From a virus (Duplodnaviria > Caudoviricetes), in the IMG/VR virus record IMGVR_UViG_3300037459_000090, positions 1 through 35,140 of that record: DNA of 35,140 bases; one strand, written 5' to 3'. A model generated the notes under the pieces. It saw nothing but the letters and a program-made list of their open reading frames with translations, had not been told where the DNA came from and searched no databases. A program made the translations under genes and the position numbers. Positions 1 to 7,600 of the stretch are shown piece by piece (position 1 is the first letter of the stretch; each line of letters begins with the position of its first letter).

Positions 1-118
1 CGATCAACTGTAGCCGCCAGTGCTCGACCGGGAACTTAGCACCGGCATGCTCTGGGTAAGGCTCGGCTGCGTACGCCTGCGTGAGCAGGAGCAGGGCCAG
101 GATTATTACGGTCCTCAT
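1..118 (-). CDS. Partial secreted protein with a Sec signal peptide; runs off the window edge
   Basis: Own translation from ATG 118: MRTVIILALLLLTQAYA|AEPYPEHAG... The start overlaps the stop of 115..399 (ATGA). Confidence 0.7.
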   Translation of the reverse strand, partial: MRTVIILALLLLTQAYAAEPYPEHAGAKFPVEHWRLQLI

Positions 119-399
119 GATCCTTCTCCTTGTGGGGGCATCCAGACGGCGGGCACAGCCACCTCATTGACACCTATCCATGCTCGACCCTGTTCGCAGG
201 CAAACCCGTTGAAGATGTCTGCACTGGTCACCAGCTCAACGCCTTCTAGTTTGCACGCGTCCAGAGTGTCGAAGTTTTTCCACAGTTCGAGGAACTGCGG
301 CATCAACGTCAGCACGTGGGGCTCAGCTAGTTGCGGCACGTCTTCAGCGTTCGCTGTTAACGTGAACAGAACTAGTATGGTTGCGGTCAGAATTTTCAT
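115..399 (-). CDS. Small secreted/periplasmic hypothetical protein
   Basis: MKILTATILVLFTLTANA|EDV signal peptide with an AxA site; GAAGGA upstream; ATGA-coupled on both sides. Confidence 0.75.
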   Translation of the reverse strand: MKILTATILVLFTLTANAEDVPQLAEPHVLTLMPQFLELWKNFDTLDACKLEGVELVTSADIFNGFACEQGRAWIGVNEVAVPAVWMPPQGEGS

Positions 400-725
400 T
401 CCTTCTCTCCTTCCTTGGTAGAACTAAACATTCCTGTCTTTGCAAGTAACTCTACGAACCACATTGCCTTGTCGTTATTCTTGAGCGTGTTTTCGCAGTC
501 GGCACAGATGAGTGCCAGGGGTGCTGTTGGTAAAAACGTCGGAGTGTGATCACCGCAACGTCGGCAGCGGTTGAGTGAAGAGTCAACGTAGATGCGTTGC
601 TTCTCCAGCTCACTGTCGATGAGTGTTGCAGCGGGGTTTTTCGTCGCGAACTTCGATTGTGCACGCACGTCGGTAGCTTCGACTACCTCTTTGCAGTTCG
701 CTATTGTCTTGTCAACCAATCTCAT
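396..725 (-). CDS. C4 zinc-finger protein, weakly DksA/TraR-like
   Basis: CRRCG-x15-CADC (CxxC-x16-CxxC); AGGA upstream of the ATG. Confidence 0.6.
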   Translation of the reverse strand: MRLVDKTIANCKEVVEATDVRAQSKFATKNPAATLIDSELEKQRIYVDSSLNRCRRCGDHTPTFLPTAPLALICADCENTLKNNDKAMWFVELLAKTGMFSSTKEGEKE

Positions 726-739
726 TTCCGTGTCCTGTT

Positions 740-857
740 ACCACTTTGTGAAGCGGTGGGATCATCAGCCCTGTTGATCCTACTCCGGCGCTAGCACCGG
801 GATCTACGGCAGTGTCCTTCTCATGACTTTGCCTACCCCACCGCTTCACAAAATGGT
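740..857 (-). ncRNA. Putative structured RNA or structured leader: 21-bp closing stem with 2-3 internal hairpins
   Basis: 740-760 and 837-857 are inverted repeats; the single mismatch is a G-U pair on the minus strand. Internal hairpins GGCA..UGCC, CCGGUG-CUAG-CGCCGG and GGAUCA..UGAUCC. Begins just downstream of promoter 869-896. Confidence 0.6.
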
Positions 858-868
858 CAGTGGGAACC

Positions 869-896
869 AGTATACACGAAAGCGCAGCCGTGTCAA
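869..896 (-). promoter_or_regulatory. Sigma70-type promoter P1 with an embedded operator-like box (874-893)
   Basis: Minus strand TTGACA-16 nt-TATACT; contains ACACG-N10-CGTGT. Confidence 0.75.
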
Positions 897-1093
897 CTAG
901 CCAGAATTATGTTGACGAGCCTTCGAAGCAGCTCGACCGGGATAGCGACCAGTAATAGGCCTGCGATTCCCAGCATGAGATACCGGGCTCCGACCAGCAC
1001 GCTGCCTAGTGCGGCCATGCCGTACACGTAGAAATAAATGAGTGGCAATAAAAGCGCGATGCCGCCTATGTACCAGTACCAAAGCGTGCTCAT
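893..1093 (-). CDS. Small membrane protein, about 2 TM segments
   Basis: 66 aa, almost entirely hydrophobic; GGAG upstream; ATGA overlap with the upstream gene. Confidence 0.7.
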   Translation of the reverse strand: MSTLWYWYIGGIALLLPLIYFYVYGMAALGSVLVGARYLMLGIAGLLLVAIPVELLRRLVNIILAS

Positions 1094-1326
1094 GATCTCC
1101 CCTCCTCGGGTTTCTTTCCAAGAACTTCTCGAACAGAACTACCTTCCGGAATATATACCGGCTGCGTCTCGCTCTCTTCGGCGAAGCGCAGACCATCCGC
1201 GCAGCCTATGTAGTAGGCCTGCCGCACACTGTGCTTGATCTTGTCAGCGATGCACGGCAGGATCCCTTCACACAGATCGTCTACCGATTTCCGCAACTGG
1301 TCGTGAACGCGCTTCTCAGTACTCAT
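1090..1326 (-). CDS. Hypothetical protein
   Basis: Likely start ATG 1326 (MSTEKRVH...), ATGA-coupled to 1323..1649, with GAGGAG upstream. Confidence 0.65.
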   Translation of the reverse strand: MSTEKRVHDQLRKSVDDLCEGILPCIADKIKHSVRQAYYIGCADGLRFAEESETQPVYIPEGSSVREVLGKKPEEGRS

Positions 1327-1649
1327 GATCGTGACTCCTCTTTCTCTCGTATCCATGCCTCGACCTTGAGGTCGGAGCTGTCGAGTCTCTTCAGCAGTGC
1401 GTCCCAGCTGATCCGGTCCCAGTACTGTCGGCTACCGGCAGCGACGTCGAACAGTGCGTCTGCTAAGTTTGACTCGTCGCGTGCGACTGCTCTGACCTTG
1501 CGGTCTCCCGCTGTGTTGAGCAGCAGTCTCACCTGATCGTCGAGGTCGTGCTCGTTGACCTCCGGCTTGGTGTAGTAACACTCACCGCACTTGCGTGCGG
1601 TGGTGTTGCCCTTGTGCCCGCAGGAGGGGCATTGCCATGGGGTAGTCAT
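1323..1649 (-). CDS. Protein with an N-terminal RanBP2-like zinc ribbon
   Basis: WQCPSCGHKGNTTARKCGECYYTKP, a W-x-CxxC...CxxC...P pattern; coupled to neighbouring genes. Confidence 0.7.
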   Translation of the reverse strand: MTTPWQCPSCGHKGNTTARKCGECYYTKPEVNEHDLDDQVRLLLNTAGDRKVRAVARDESNLADALFDVAAGSRQYWDRISWDALLKRLDSSDLKVEAWIREKEESRS

Positions 1650-1933
1650 GCTACGTATTCTCCCTCATTCATGACGTTGTAGATGTGACGCAGTTCGTAC
1701 TGGACCTCATCACCGTGCTCACCATCGAAGCCGAACGGGTCGTTGGCTAATGTCGCCTTGACCTTGACACCATCGACGTCGGTGACTGTGGTCCAGATAC
1801 GCTCGTTCTCGATGACGACCTTGGCGAAGACACCGGGCTGCACTACCTCGCGCAGGTGATCGATGTCCGCTACCTCGAAGGTATCGGGATGTTGCTGCGC
1901 CATTCCTTGTGCGCATATAAATGTGTAGCTCAT
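1646..1933 (-). CDS. Hypothetical protein, DUF2314-like
   Basis: ERIW-x-x-V...L-x-NDP...GD-x-V...HI pattern recalled from DUF2314/YegJ-like proteins; AGGAG RBS. Confidence 0.55.
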   Translation of the reverse strand: MSYTFICAQGMAQQHPDTFEVADIDHLREVVQPGVFAKVVIENERIWTTVTDVDGVKVKATLANDPFGFDGEHGDEVQYELRHIYNVMNEGEYVA

Positions 1934-2424
1934 GAGTATGCTCCTGTCTCGTTGATTACGTCGGCGATCACACCTTCACTGACACGGAACCGCTTTGCGA
2001 GATCAGAGACAGTCAGGTGATGTGGTTTCGGAATGAAGTTGGGGTTCGCGCGATAGCGTTGCCAGTCGTTATCGTTTACGCGCCAGAGGTGACGCACCAT
2101 GCTCACACTCTCATGGGTGAGTGCAGGCTTGCGTCCGCGCTTCTTCTCTTCTGGATGGTACTTCTCCTCGGCCTTACGCGCGTTCGTTAGGTTGAGTTCC
2201 AGCTGCGTAATGCAGAGCCCGTTGATCTCGAAGACCTCCTCGCAGGAGATCAGTGCGGATCCCAGGCGTGGGATGACGTAGGCATCGAGTGACCAGCCGT
2301 GGTCATCGACGCCGACGATGATGGTGCCGGTGTTATCTAAGGTGCGACCCAGTACCTGAAAGTTATTAGGCAGGTACTGGGCAACATCCTTGGACTTGCC
2401 GGTGTTGGCGATAGCAATCCTCAT
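1930..2424 (-). CDS. Putative DNA-binding protein with a C-terminal HTH
   Basis: RGRKPALT basic arm followed by LTVSDLAKRFRVSEGVIADVI helix-turn-helix. Confidence 0.65.
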   Translation of the reverse strand: MRIAIANTGKSKDVAQYLPNNFQVLGRTLDNTGTIIVGVDDHGWSLDAYVIPRLGSALISCEEVFEINGLCITQLELNLTNARKAEEKYHPEEKKRGRKPALTHESVSMVRHLWRVNDNDWQRYRANPNFIPKPHHLTVSDLAKRFRVSEGVIADVINETGAYS

Positions 2425-2723
2425 TAGGCTGCTACTCCTCGACGTGCACTGACACGGATGGAGATGACTTCCTTATCCTCGGTGTGCGCAGTGACGAGCT
2501 GGTGGCTGGGCTTCAGCTTCGCAGCGATGGACTTCCAGTCGATCATGGTACGCATCGACTCGACAACCAGCACGCGGAAGAGGTTATCCTCCAGCGTCTT
2601 GACGCCAGCTTCGATCAGCGTATTGCGGATCTCTCGCTCGCGGTCCTTGAGGTCTGCCAACTGGGCTCGGACTGCTCCGAGTTCATCGGCGAGGCCTGCG
2701 ACTTCGACTACTTTTCTACTCAC
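2424..2723 (-). CDS. Coiled-coil phage hypothetical protein
   Basis: GTG start with AAGGAG upstream; first gene after promoter P2; heptad pattern LADELGAVRAQLADLKDREREI. Confidence 0.7.
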   Translation of the reverse strand: MSRKVVEVAGLADELGAVRAQLADLKDREREIRNTLIEAGVKTLEDNLFRVLVVESMRTMIDWKSIAAKLKPSHQLVTAHTEDKEVISIRVSARRGVAA

Positions 2724-2762
2724 GGTCTTGCTCCTTCTACTGTCTATTGCGAATTGGCATTC

Positions 2763-2791
2763 ACAATAACACGGGAGCGTAGCCGTGTCAA
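2763..2791 (-). promoter_or_regulatory. Sigma70-type promoter P2 with an operator-like box (2769-2788)
   Basis: Minus strand TTGACA-17 nt-TATTGT; shares TTGACACGGCTnCGCTnnCGTGT with P1. Confidence 0.7.
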
Positions 2792-2816
2792 GTAGCCTTG
2801 ATTATGTCAAATAGGA

Positions 2817-4928
2817 TCAATCACTTAGGGGAGTCGCGAAGTACACGACTTGTTTGAATTTCTCAGTGGAGTTGATCAGCCCTGCATCGTGCAGGTCGTC
2901 GAGTATTTGTTCGCGACGTTTCTTATCAATGCCCCGTGTGTTACGTGTGAGGACTGCTTTCGGAGTGAAGCCGTTTTTAAGTGCCATACGTTGGTGGTCG
3001 CTGTTACCTGACTGTTCAGCGTACTTCTGTGGGTTGTTGATGATCGCTTCGATTTTAAAAGAATCCTTCTCGATGTAGCTCTCACCTGAAGCTGTTGAAC
3101 TTACCTTAGCCTCCCAACAGTTGTTGCTCCATGTCACAAGGTCGATTGCCCACCTACACAGATCGGTATCGATGACCGGTCGCTGCGCGTCCACCCCTAC
3201 CGCTGCGAGTCCTGCCAGTATGAGGGCATTTTGATTGGCACGCGCCCAGCTGTATTGACCTGCTCCGGCTCGACGTCTGGATGTCTCCTCAAACTTGTCG
3301 AATGCATTGTAAGTACGAGTGTCTGCAAATATTACTTCCGTGAAGTCACCATCAGCGGGCTCGTGATCGCGGAGTTGTTTCGCATGCCTACTAATTGCAG
3401 AGGGGAATACATGACTGCGGTTTAAGTTTCTGCCTCGAAACTCCGTACCGGTGTCAAGGAGAATGAAACGATTAACGAAGCCTGTCTCAGAAGCTACACT
3501 GGTCAGAGCTTCCATCAGGAATTCAGGTTGCGCAGTAGCAAGCACTGTAAGGAAGGGGAAATCGAGAGCCGGGATGGATTGTTTGCGTCCAGGGGTTGCG
3601 GAGACGTGACTGTCTGCCTCACCGTACAGTGAAATGACGTGACTTAGTGTTGTGTAATCGGGTGAGTTGGAATTCTTCGCCGATGCCATGTAACGAGCTG
3701 CTTCATCCCACAGCCAGCACGCCATGCTATCCTCGGCAAGGACGTCGAGCATCACATAGTAGGATTGAAAACCTCGGAAGATGACGTCTTCCAGTCCCAG
3801 TTTCTTTCCGAACTTTCTGATAGTTCGTATCACTGCAGCCTTCCCTCCGCCGGTCGGAGCAGTGACCATCAGATAAGGTTGCAGTGGTGTCCTCCAGTGC
3901 TGAACGATGTAGTGATTACAGGTTGCTACCGCAGTGCACATGATCCCTGCGGCTAATCCAAAGATCGGCTGATCCACAAACGACTCTCGGCACGCCCACC
4001 GGCTAGTCTCCCCGATAAGACCGGGCACATCCAACAGTGATTCATCGAATGCCAGTTTCTCAGACGTAGGTTTGAGATTCGCGGGGGCCAGGACTACTTT
4101 ACCCTCCGCCTTGCCACTCTCTGTCCACCTGCGCAGTACTGTGATCACTGGCATGCTCATCCAGTCTTGCAGCGTCGTGAATCCCCTCGTGCGATCACCC
4201 GCGTGGTGCTTCTCGATGGTGTTAACCACGGATCCCTTGCGGTCTTCAAGTTCGTCTTCATCCTCTTGGATGACAGTGAGTACTGCACCCATCACGCGTT
4301 TGATTTTGTCTTCCTGCCACTCCTGATGACACAGCGCACCCGTGCACGCATGCACGTAGTCGTGACGTGATCCTTCGGTAGGATAGAAATGAGTGAACAC
4401 CGCAGCGACTGCGATCTCATCGGCATAACGCTCCATGTCCAGCTTGCTCAGCTCGGCGAACTCGGCATCCATATCATTGGAGAAGTACATGCCACCCTCA
4501 GGGTGTCGGGATGGAGGGATGACTGACTGTGCTCCCGTGGAGCGGATCTCGATGATGGTGCCCAGTTCGGACACCTGCCACTTGTGCGTTTCGGCACCGA
4601 CGATACGGTAAACGTAGTGAGAATCTTCTTTGTTGGTGCGTCCGTAGATGTATGTCTCAGGCAGAATGTACTCAGCTACCCAGACAGCCTCTTCCATGTC
4701 CAGATCGATGTCGGTGGCGTGGTTAGAAGCCTCCCCCCAGAGCGCACCGATGTTATCTCCAGGCTTGAAAGCTCCATTGCGGAAATCTTCCTCAACCAGC
4801 CGGAGATGGGGCCAGTCCTTGCCCTTGGGGCGTTTTGACCTGCTTCTAAGCGGTACCGTGTAGACCCCCCTCGCTAGCCAGTCCTCTGCGGTTTGCGCCA
4901 TGAAGTCAGTTAACGTAATCTGTGCCAA
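2817..4928 (-). CDS. Bifunctional primase-polymerase (Prim-Pol/AEP) fused to a P-loop helicase-like domain (DUF3987-like)
   Basis: N-terminal PLRSRSKRP, NIG, DIDLD, H, EIRSTGAQSVIPPSRHPEG Prim-Pol motifs. C-terminal Walker A APTGGGK, Walker B WLWDE and GFVNRF. TTG start with AAGGAAGG upstream. Confidence 0.85.
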   Translation of the reverse strand: MAQITLTDFMAQTAEDWLARGVYTVPLRSRSKRPKGKDWPHLRLVEEDFRNGAFKPGDNIGALWGEASNHATDIDLDMEEAVWVAEYILPETYIYGRTNKEDSHYVYRIVGAETHKWQVSELGTIIEIRSTGAQSVIPPSRHPEGGMYFSNDMDAEFAELSKLDMERYADEIAVAAVFTHFYPTEGSRHDYVHACTGALCHQEWQEDKIKRVMGAVLTVIQEDEDELEDRKGSVVNTIEKHHAGDRTRGFTTLQDWMSMPVITVLRRWTESGKAEGKVVLAPANLKPTSEKLAFDESLLDVPGLIGETSRWACRESFVDQPIFGLAAGIMCTAVATCNHYIVQHWRTPLQPYLMVTAPTGGGKAAVIRTIRKFGKKLGLEDVIFRGFQSYYVMLDVLAEDSMACWLWDEAARYMASAKNSNSPDYTTLSHVISLYGEADSHVSATPGRKQSIPALDFPFLTVLATAQPEFLMEALTSVASETGFVNRFILLDTGTEFRGRNLNRSHVFPSAISRHAKQLRDHEPADGDFTEVIFADTRTYNAFDKFEETSRRRAGAGQYSWARANQNALILAGLAAVGVDAQRPVIDTDLCRWAIDLVTWSNNCWEAKVSSTASGESYIEKDSFKIEAIINNPQKYAEQSGNSDHQRMALKNGFTPKAVLTRNTRGIDKKRREQILDDLHDAGLINSTEKFKQVVYFATPLSD

Positions 4929-4955
4929 CTCGTCCTTCCTTAGGGTCTGGGTACG

Positions 4956-5001
4956 GGAGAGGGGGTGTTAATGACCGACACGGAAGTTACGCTCCCTCTC
5001 C
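4956..5001 (+). other. Long imperfect hairpin in the divergent primase/polymerase intergenic region
   Basis: GGAGAGGGGGTGTTAA pairs with TTACGCTCCCTCTCC (G-U pairs on the plus strand); apical CCG-ACA-CGG. Confidence 0.5.
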
Positions 5002-5022
5002 AATTTTGATGAGTGTTTATTG

Positions 5023-5093
5023 TGCTGTTGGGCCGACCATCCTACAGCAGAACCGGAGCACTGGAAATGGTCTCGACCCAACAGGGCTCATGA
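5023..5093 (+). promoter_or_regulatory. Structured 5' leader of the polymerase gene with two mutually exclusive stems
   Basis: CTGTTGGG (5025-5032) pairs either with CCCAACAG (5077-5084, next to the ATG at 5090) or, as TGCTGTTGG, with CCTACAGCA (5041-5049). Confidence 0.45.
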
Positions 5094-7600
5094 CGAGCAT
5101 CAACCCCGACTGCACCGAGTGTGGCCTCTACGCCACGGCAAATACCGTGTGCATGAGTGGAGATGGACCTCGCAAAAACGTCAAGGTCATGGTGATCGGC
5201 GAGGCTCCCGGAGCACAGGAAGACAAACGGGGCGTACCCTTCGTTGGTGAATCCGGACGCATTCTGAGGGGAGAACTGCAGCGTAACGATCTCATCGAGG
5301 ACACCTACATTACCAACCTCGTCAAGTGCCGTCCTCCCAACAACCGAACTCCCACCGCAGCAGAAATTAAAGCGTGCCGTCACTACCTCGATGACGAGAT
5401 CGCTGAGTTAAATCCTGCTTACGTTGTCACTGCCGGAGTTCCCGCCACTAAGACGCTTTTTCACGGCAGAGCTAAGATTAATCAGTTCCATGGCGAGGTC
5501 ATTGAGAATCCGAAAGTCGGTTACATCGGTATGCCAATATTTCATCCGGCGTACACGCTGCGCGATCCGTCGAAGCTCCCTGGTCTGAAGGATGACATTG
5601 CTCGGCTTGCCCGCCTCATAGAGAGCGGCCTGCGCAACGATACAGTTGAGTGGTCGGTCGTTCGGAAAGGTAACCTCGACACCTTCATGCGAGAGTTTAA
5701 GGAGGCACCCGAATTCGCATACGACTGCGAGACATCGGGGCTCTTCCCATTCGATGAAGACGGGTACATCACTGCAATCGGGATTGCTTTTGCTCATAAG
5801 ACTTGGGTGATTCCTGGGCTGATGCACCCTGATTACCAGCGATTTTCTCACTCCCCGTTTGCGCACGGAGACGCTCTTCGGAAATTGATGCGGCTGCTCT
5901 TTGCTATCGCTCATCGCGACAAGAAACGTACATATGCCCAGAACGGAAAATTCGATAACAAGTGGATGCGGTGTATGTTCGGAGGGTCTTTCTGGCTGAC
6001 CTTCGACACCATGCTGGCACACCATGTGCTCGATGAAAACCTAGCTCACGATCTGAGCAGCATGTGCCGTACACACCTTGATGAGCCTGAGTACGACATC
6101 CCGCTCGCAGAAAAGCAGGGCAAATCCGAGAAGCCCGTGCGCAACTATAAATACTGTGCACAGGACGCTGCGTACACGCTCAGGCTGGGCAACCTGTTCG
6201 AGGTGATGCTTCGGGAGCAGCCCAGCCTGCATCGTCTCTACTGGAAGATAACGATGCCTGGAGCCCGCGCGATGGAAGATGCCGAGATGGAAGGGCTCAC
6301 TGTCGATGAGCCCGCCCGCAAAGAGATCGGACTGCAGTTACTCTCACAAAAGATCACGGCACGTGAAGAGCTGAACGAGATGGCAGGCTACGAGGTGAAC
6401 TGGAATTCACCACAACAGATTGCTCACCTGCTATATGAAGAACTCGACCTGACGTGCAAGGTATTCACCGCAAAGAAAGCGAAGTCCACGTCCGAAGAAG
6501 CACTGCTCGGCCTCAAACATCCCGTCGTCGATAAGCTGCTCGAATTTCGTGGCGCTGATAAGAAATTCAACGTGTACATCAAGGGGTGGCAGAAGTATCG
6601 AGTCGGCGACCAGTACTTCTTCGACTACAAACTGCACGGCACTGTGACTGGACGTTACAGCTCACCGCTGCATCCAATCCCACGCGACGGATCAATTCGT
6701 AACCTGATCACTGCACCTAAGGGGTGGACGTTCGTTGCTATGGACATTGCCACGGCAGAGATGCGCGTTGCTGCACACCTCTCCCGTGATCCTGAAATGA
6801 TGCGCTGCTTTAACGAAGGTGTCGATGTTCACTGGCGCACGATGATCGAGAACCTGTCTATTAGTAAAGAGAGCGAATGGACTGACAAGGTGTGGGTGAC
6901 TGCAGAGAGGCTCAAAGCAACACGCATACGCTGCGGCAGAGTGTCGTACAGTGATTGCCTCGACATCATGCTCGAAGCGGGACCGAAAGCCTGCATCAAG
7001 GCCGAACCGAAATGGTACGACGGCAGGACCAGAGCAAAAGCCGTGAACTTCGGTTTCATCTACGGCATGTACCCGAAGAAGTTCATCGAACAAGCGAAGA
7101 AGGATTACGGCTGGGAACCGACGATGGCTGAGGCAAAGAACGCACGTCGCGCATACTTCCGTCTCTACTCACGCCTCGATGACTGGCATCACAAGACTAA
7201 ACGACTGGCGCGCACGAATGGACACGTGAGGTGCTTAACAGGTCGGCTGCGCAGACTTCCTGGCATTCATGCCAAAGACAAGCACGTACGCATGGAAGCT
7301 GAACGTCAGGCAGTCAACTCTGGCGTGCAAGCCATGATCGGTGATTACAAAGCGATGATCCTGATCCAGATTCACCAGACATTTCCACGCAATAAGGTGC
7401 GACTGGTCGGTGAGCACCACGATTCAGTGCTGACCATCGTGAAGAACGAATACATCGACGAGTGTGTCCCGAAGATGCTGAAGATGGCGAAGCGACCGAA
7501 GCTGATGAAGACATTCAAAATCAAACTCAGCGTGCCCATGGAAGGTGAAGCAGAGCTGGGACCATGGGGCAAAGGGGTGAAGTACGATGTCGCAGCCTGA
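5090..7600 (+). CDS. polA: Family-A DNA polymerase with N-terminal family-4 uracil-DNA glycosylase and 3'-5' exonuclease domains (SPO1-polymerase-like architecture)
   Basis: UDG: CTEC, GEAPG, PFVG, NLVKCRPPNNR, HPA. Exonuclease: DCETSG, NGKFD, YCAQD. Polymerase: TGRYSS, motif A DIATAEMR, motif B RAKAVNFGFIYG, motif C HHDS. Start moved to ATG 5090, where the UDG homology begins. Confidence 0.93.
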   Translation: MTSINPDCTECGLYATANTVCMSGDGPRKNVKVMVIGEAPGAQEDKRGVPFVGESGRILRGELQRNDLIEDTYITNLVKCRPPNNRTPTAAEIKACRHYLDDEIAELNPAYVVTAGVPATKTLFHGRAKINQFHGEVIENPKVGYIGMPIFHPAYTLRDPSKLPGLKDDIARLARLIESGLRNDTVEWSVVRKGNLDTFMREFKEAPEFAYDCETSGLFPFDEDGYITAIGIAFAHKTWVIPGLMHPDYQRFSHSPFAHGDALRKLMRLLFAIAHRDKKRTYAQNGKFDNKWMRCMFGGSFWLTFDTMLAHHVLDENLAHDLSSMCRTHLDEPEYDIPLAEKQGKSEKPVRNYKYCAQDAAYTLRLGNLFEVMLREQPSLHRLYWKITMPGARAMEDAEMEGLTVDEPARKEIGLQLLSQKITAREELNEMAGYEVNWNSPQQIAHLLYEELDLTCKVFTAKKAKSTSEEALLGLKHPVVDKLLEFRGADKKFNVYIKGWQKYRVGDQYFFDYKLHGTVTGRYSSPLHPIPRDGSIRNLITAPKGWTFVAMDIATAEMRVAAHLSRDPEMMRCFNEGVDVHWRTMIENLSISKESEWTDKVWVTAERLKATRIRCGRVSYSDCLDIMLEAGPKACIKAEPKWYDGRTRAKAVNFGFIYGMYPKKFIEQAKKDYGWEPTMAEAKNARRAYFRLYSRLDDWHHKTKRLARTNGHVRCLTGRLRRLPGIHAKDKHVRMEAERQAVNSGVQAMIGDYKAMILIQIHQTFPRNKVRLVGEHHDSVLTIVKNEYIDECVPKMLKMAKRPKLMKTFKIKLSVPMEGEAELGPWGKGVKYDVAA

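Noticed and set aside
724-768. CUGAUGA followed by GAAA on the minus strand, suggesting a hammerhead ribozyme or fluoride riboswitch
   Set aside because: No stem II closes properly between the two motifs, I found no matching stem III/UH arrangement, and the fluoride riboswitch 5' hairpin is absent.
740-857. tRNA, because of the cloverleaf shape
   Set aside because: No TTC T-loop, D-loop GG, 7-nt anticodon loop or CCA end; the closing stem is far too long.
4922-5089. 56-aa N-terminal extension of the polymerase in the ORF track
   Set aside because: It overlaps the divergent primase start, has no domain-like sequence, and the region is better explained as structured non-coding DNA.
5408-6025. 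205-aa antisense ORF
   Set aside because: Shadow of the polymerase gene with no recognisable motifs.
6842-7023. Possible intein in the polymerase
   Set aside because: Too short, and lacks C/S...HN-C/S/T splice junctions.
7420-7428. Motif C reading HDS in place of HDE as a sign of an inactive polymerase
   Set aside because: The catalytic Asp is retained, and HDS occurs in active phage family-A polymerases.
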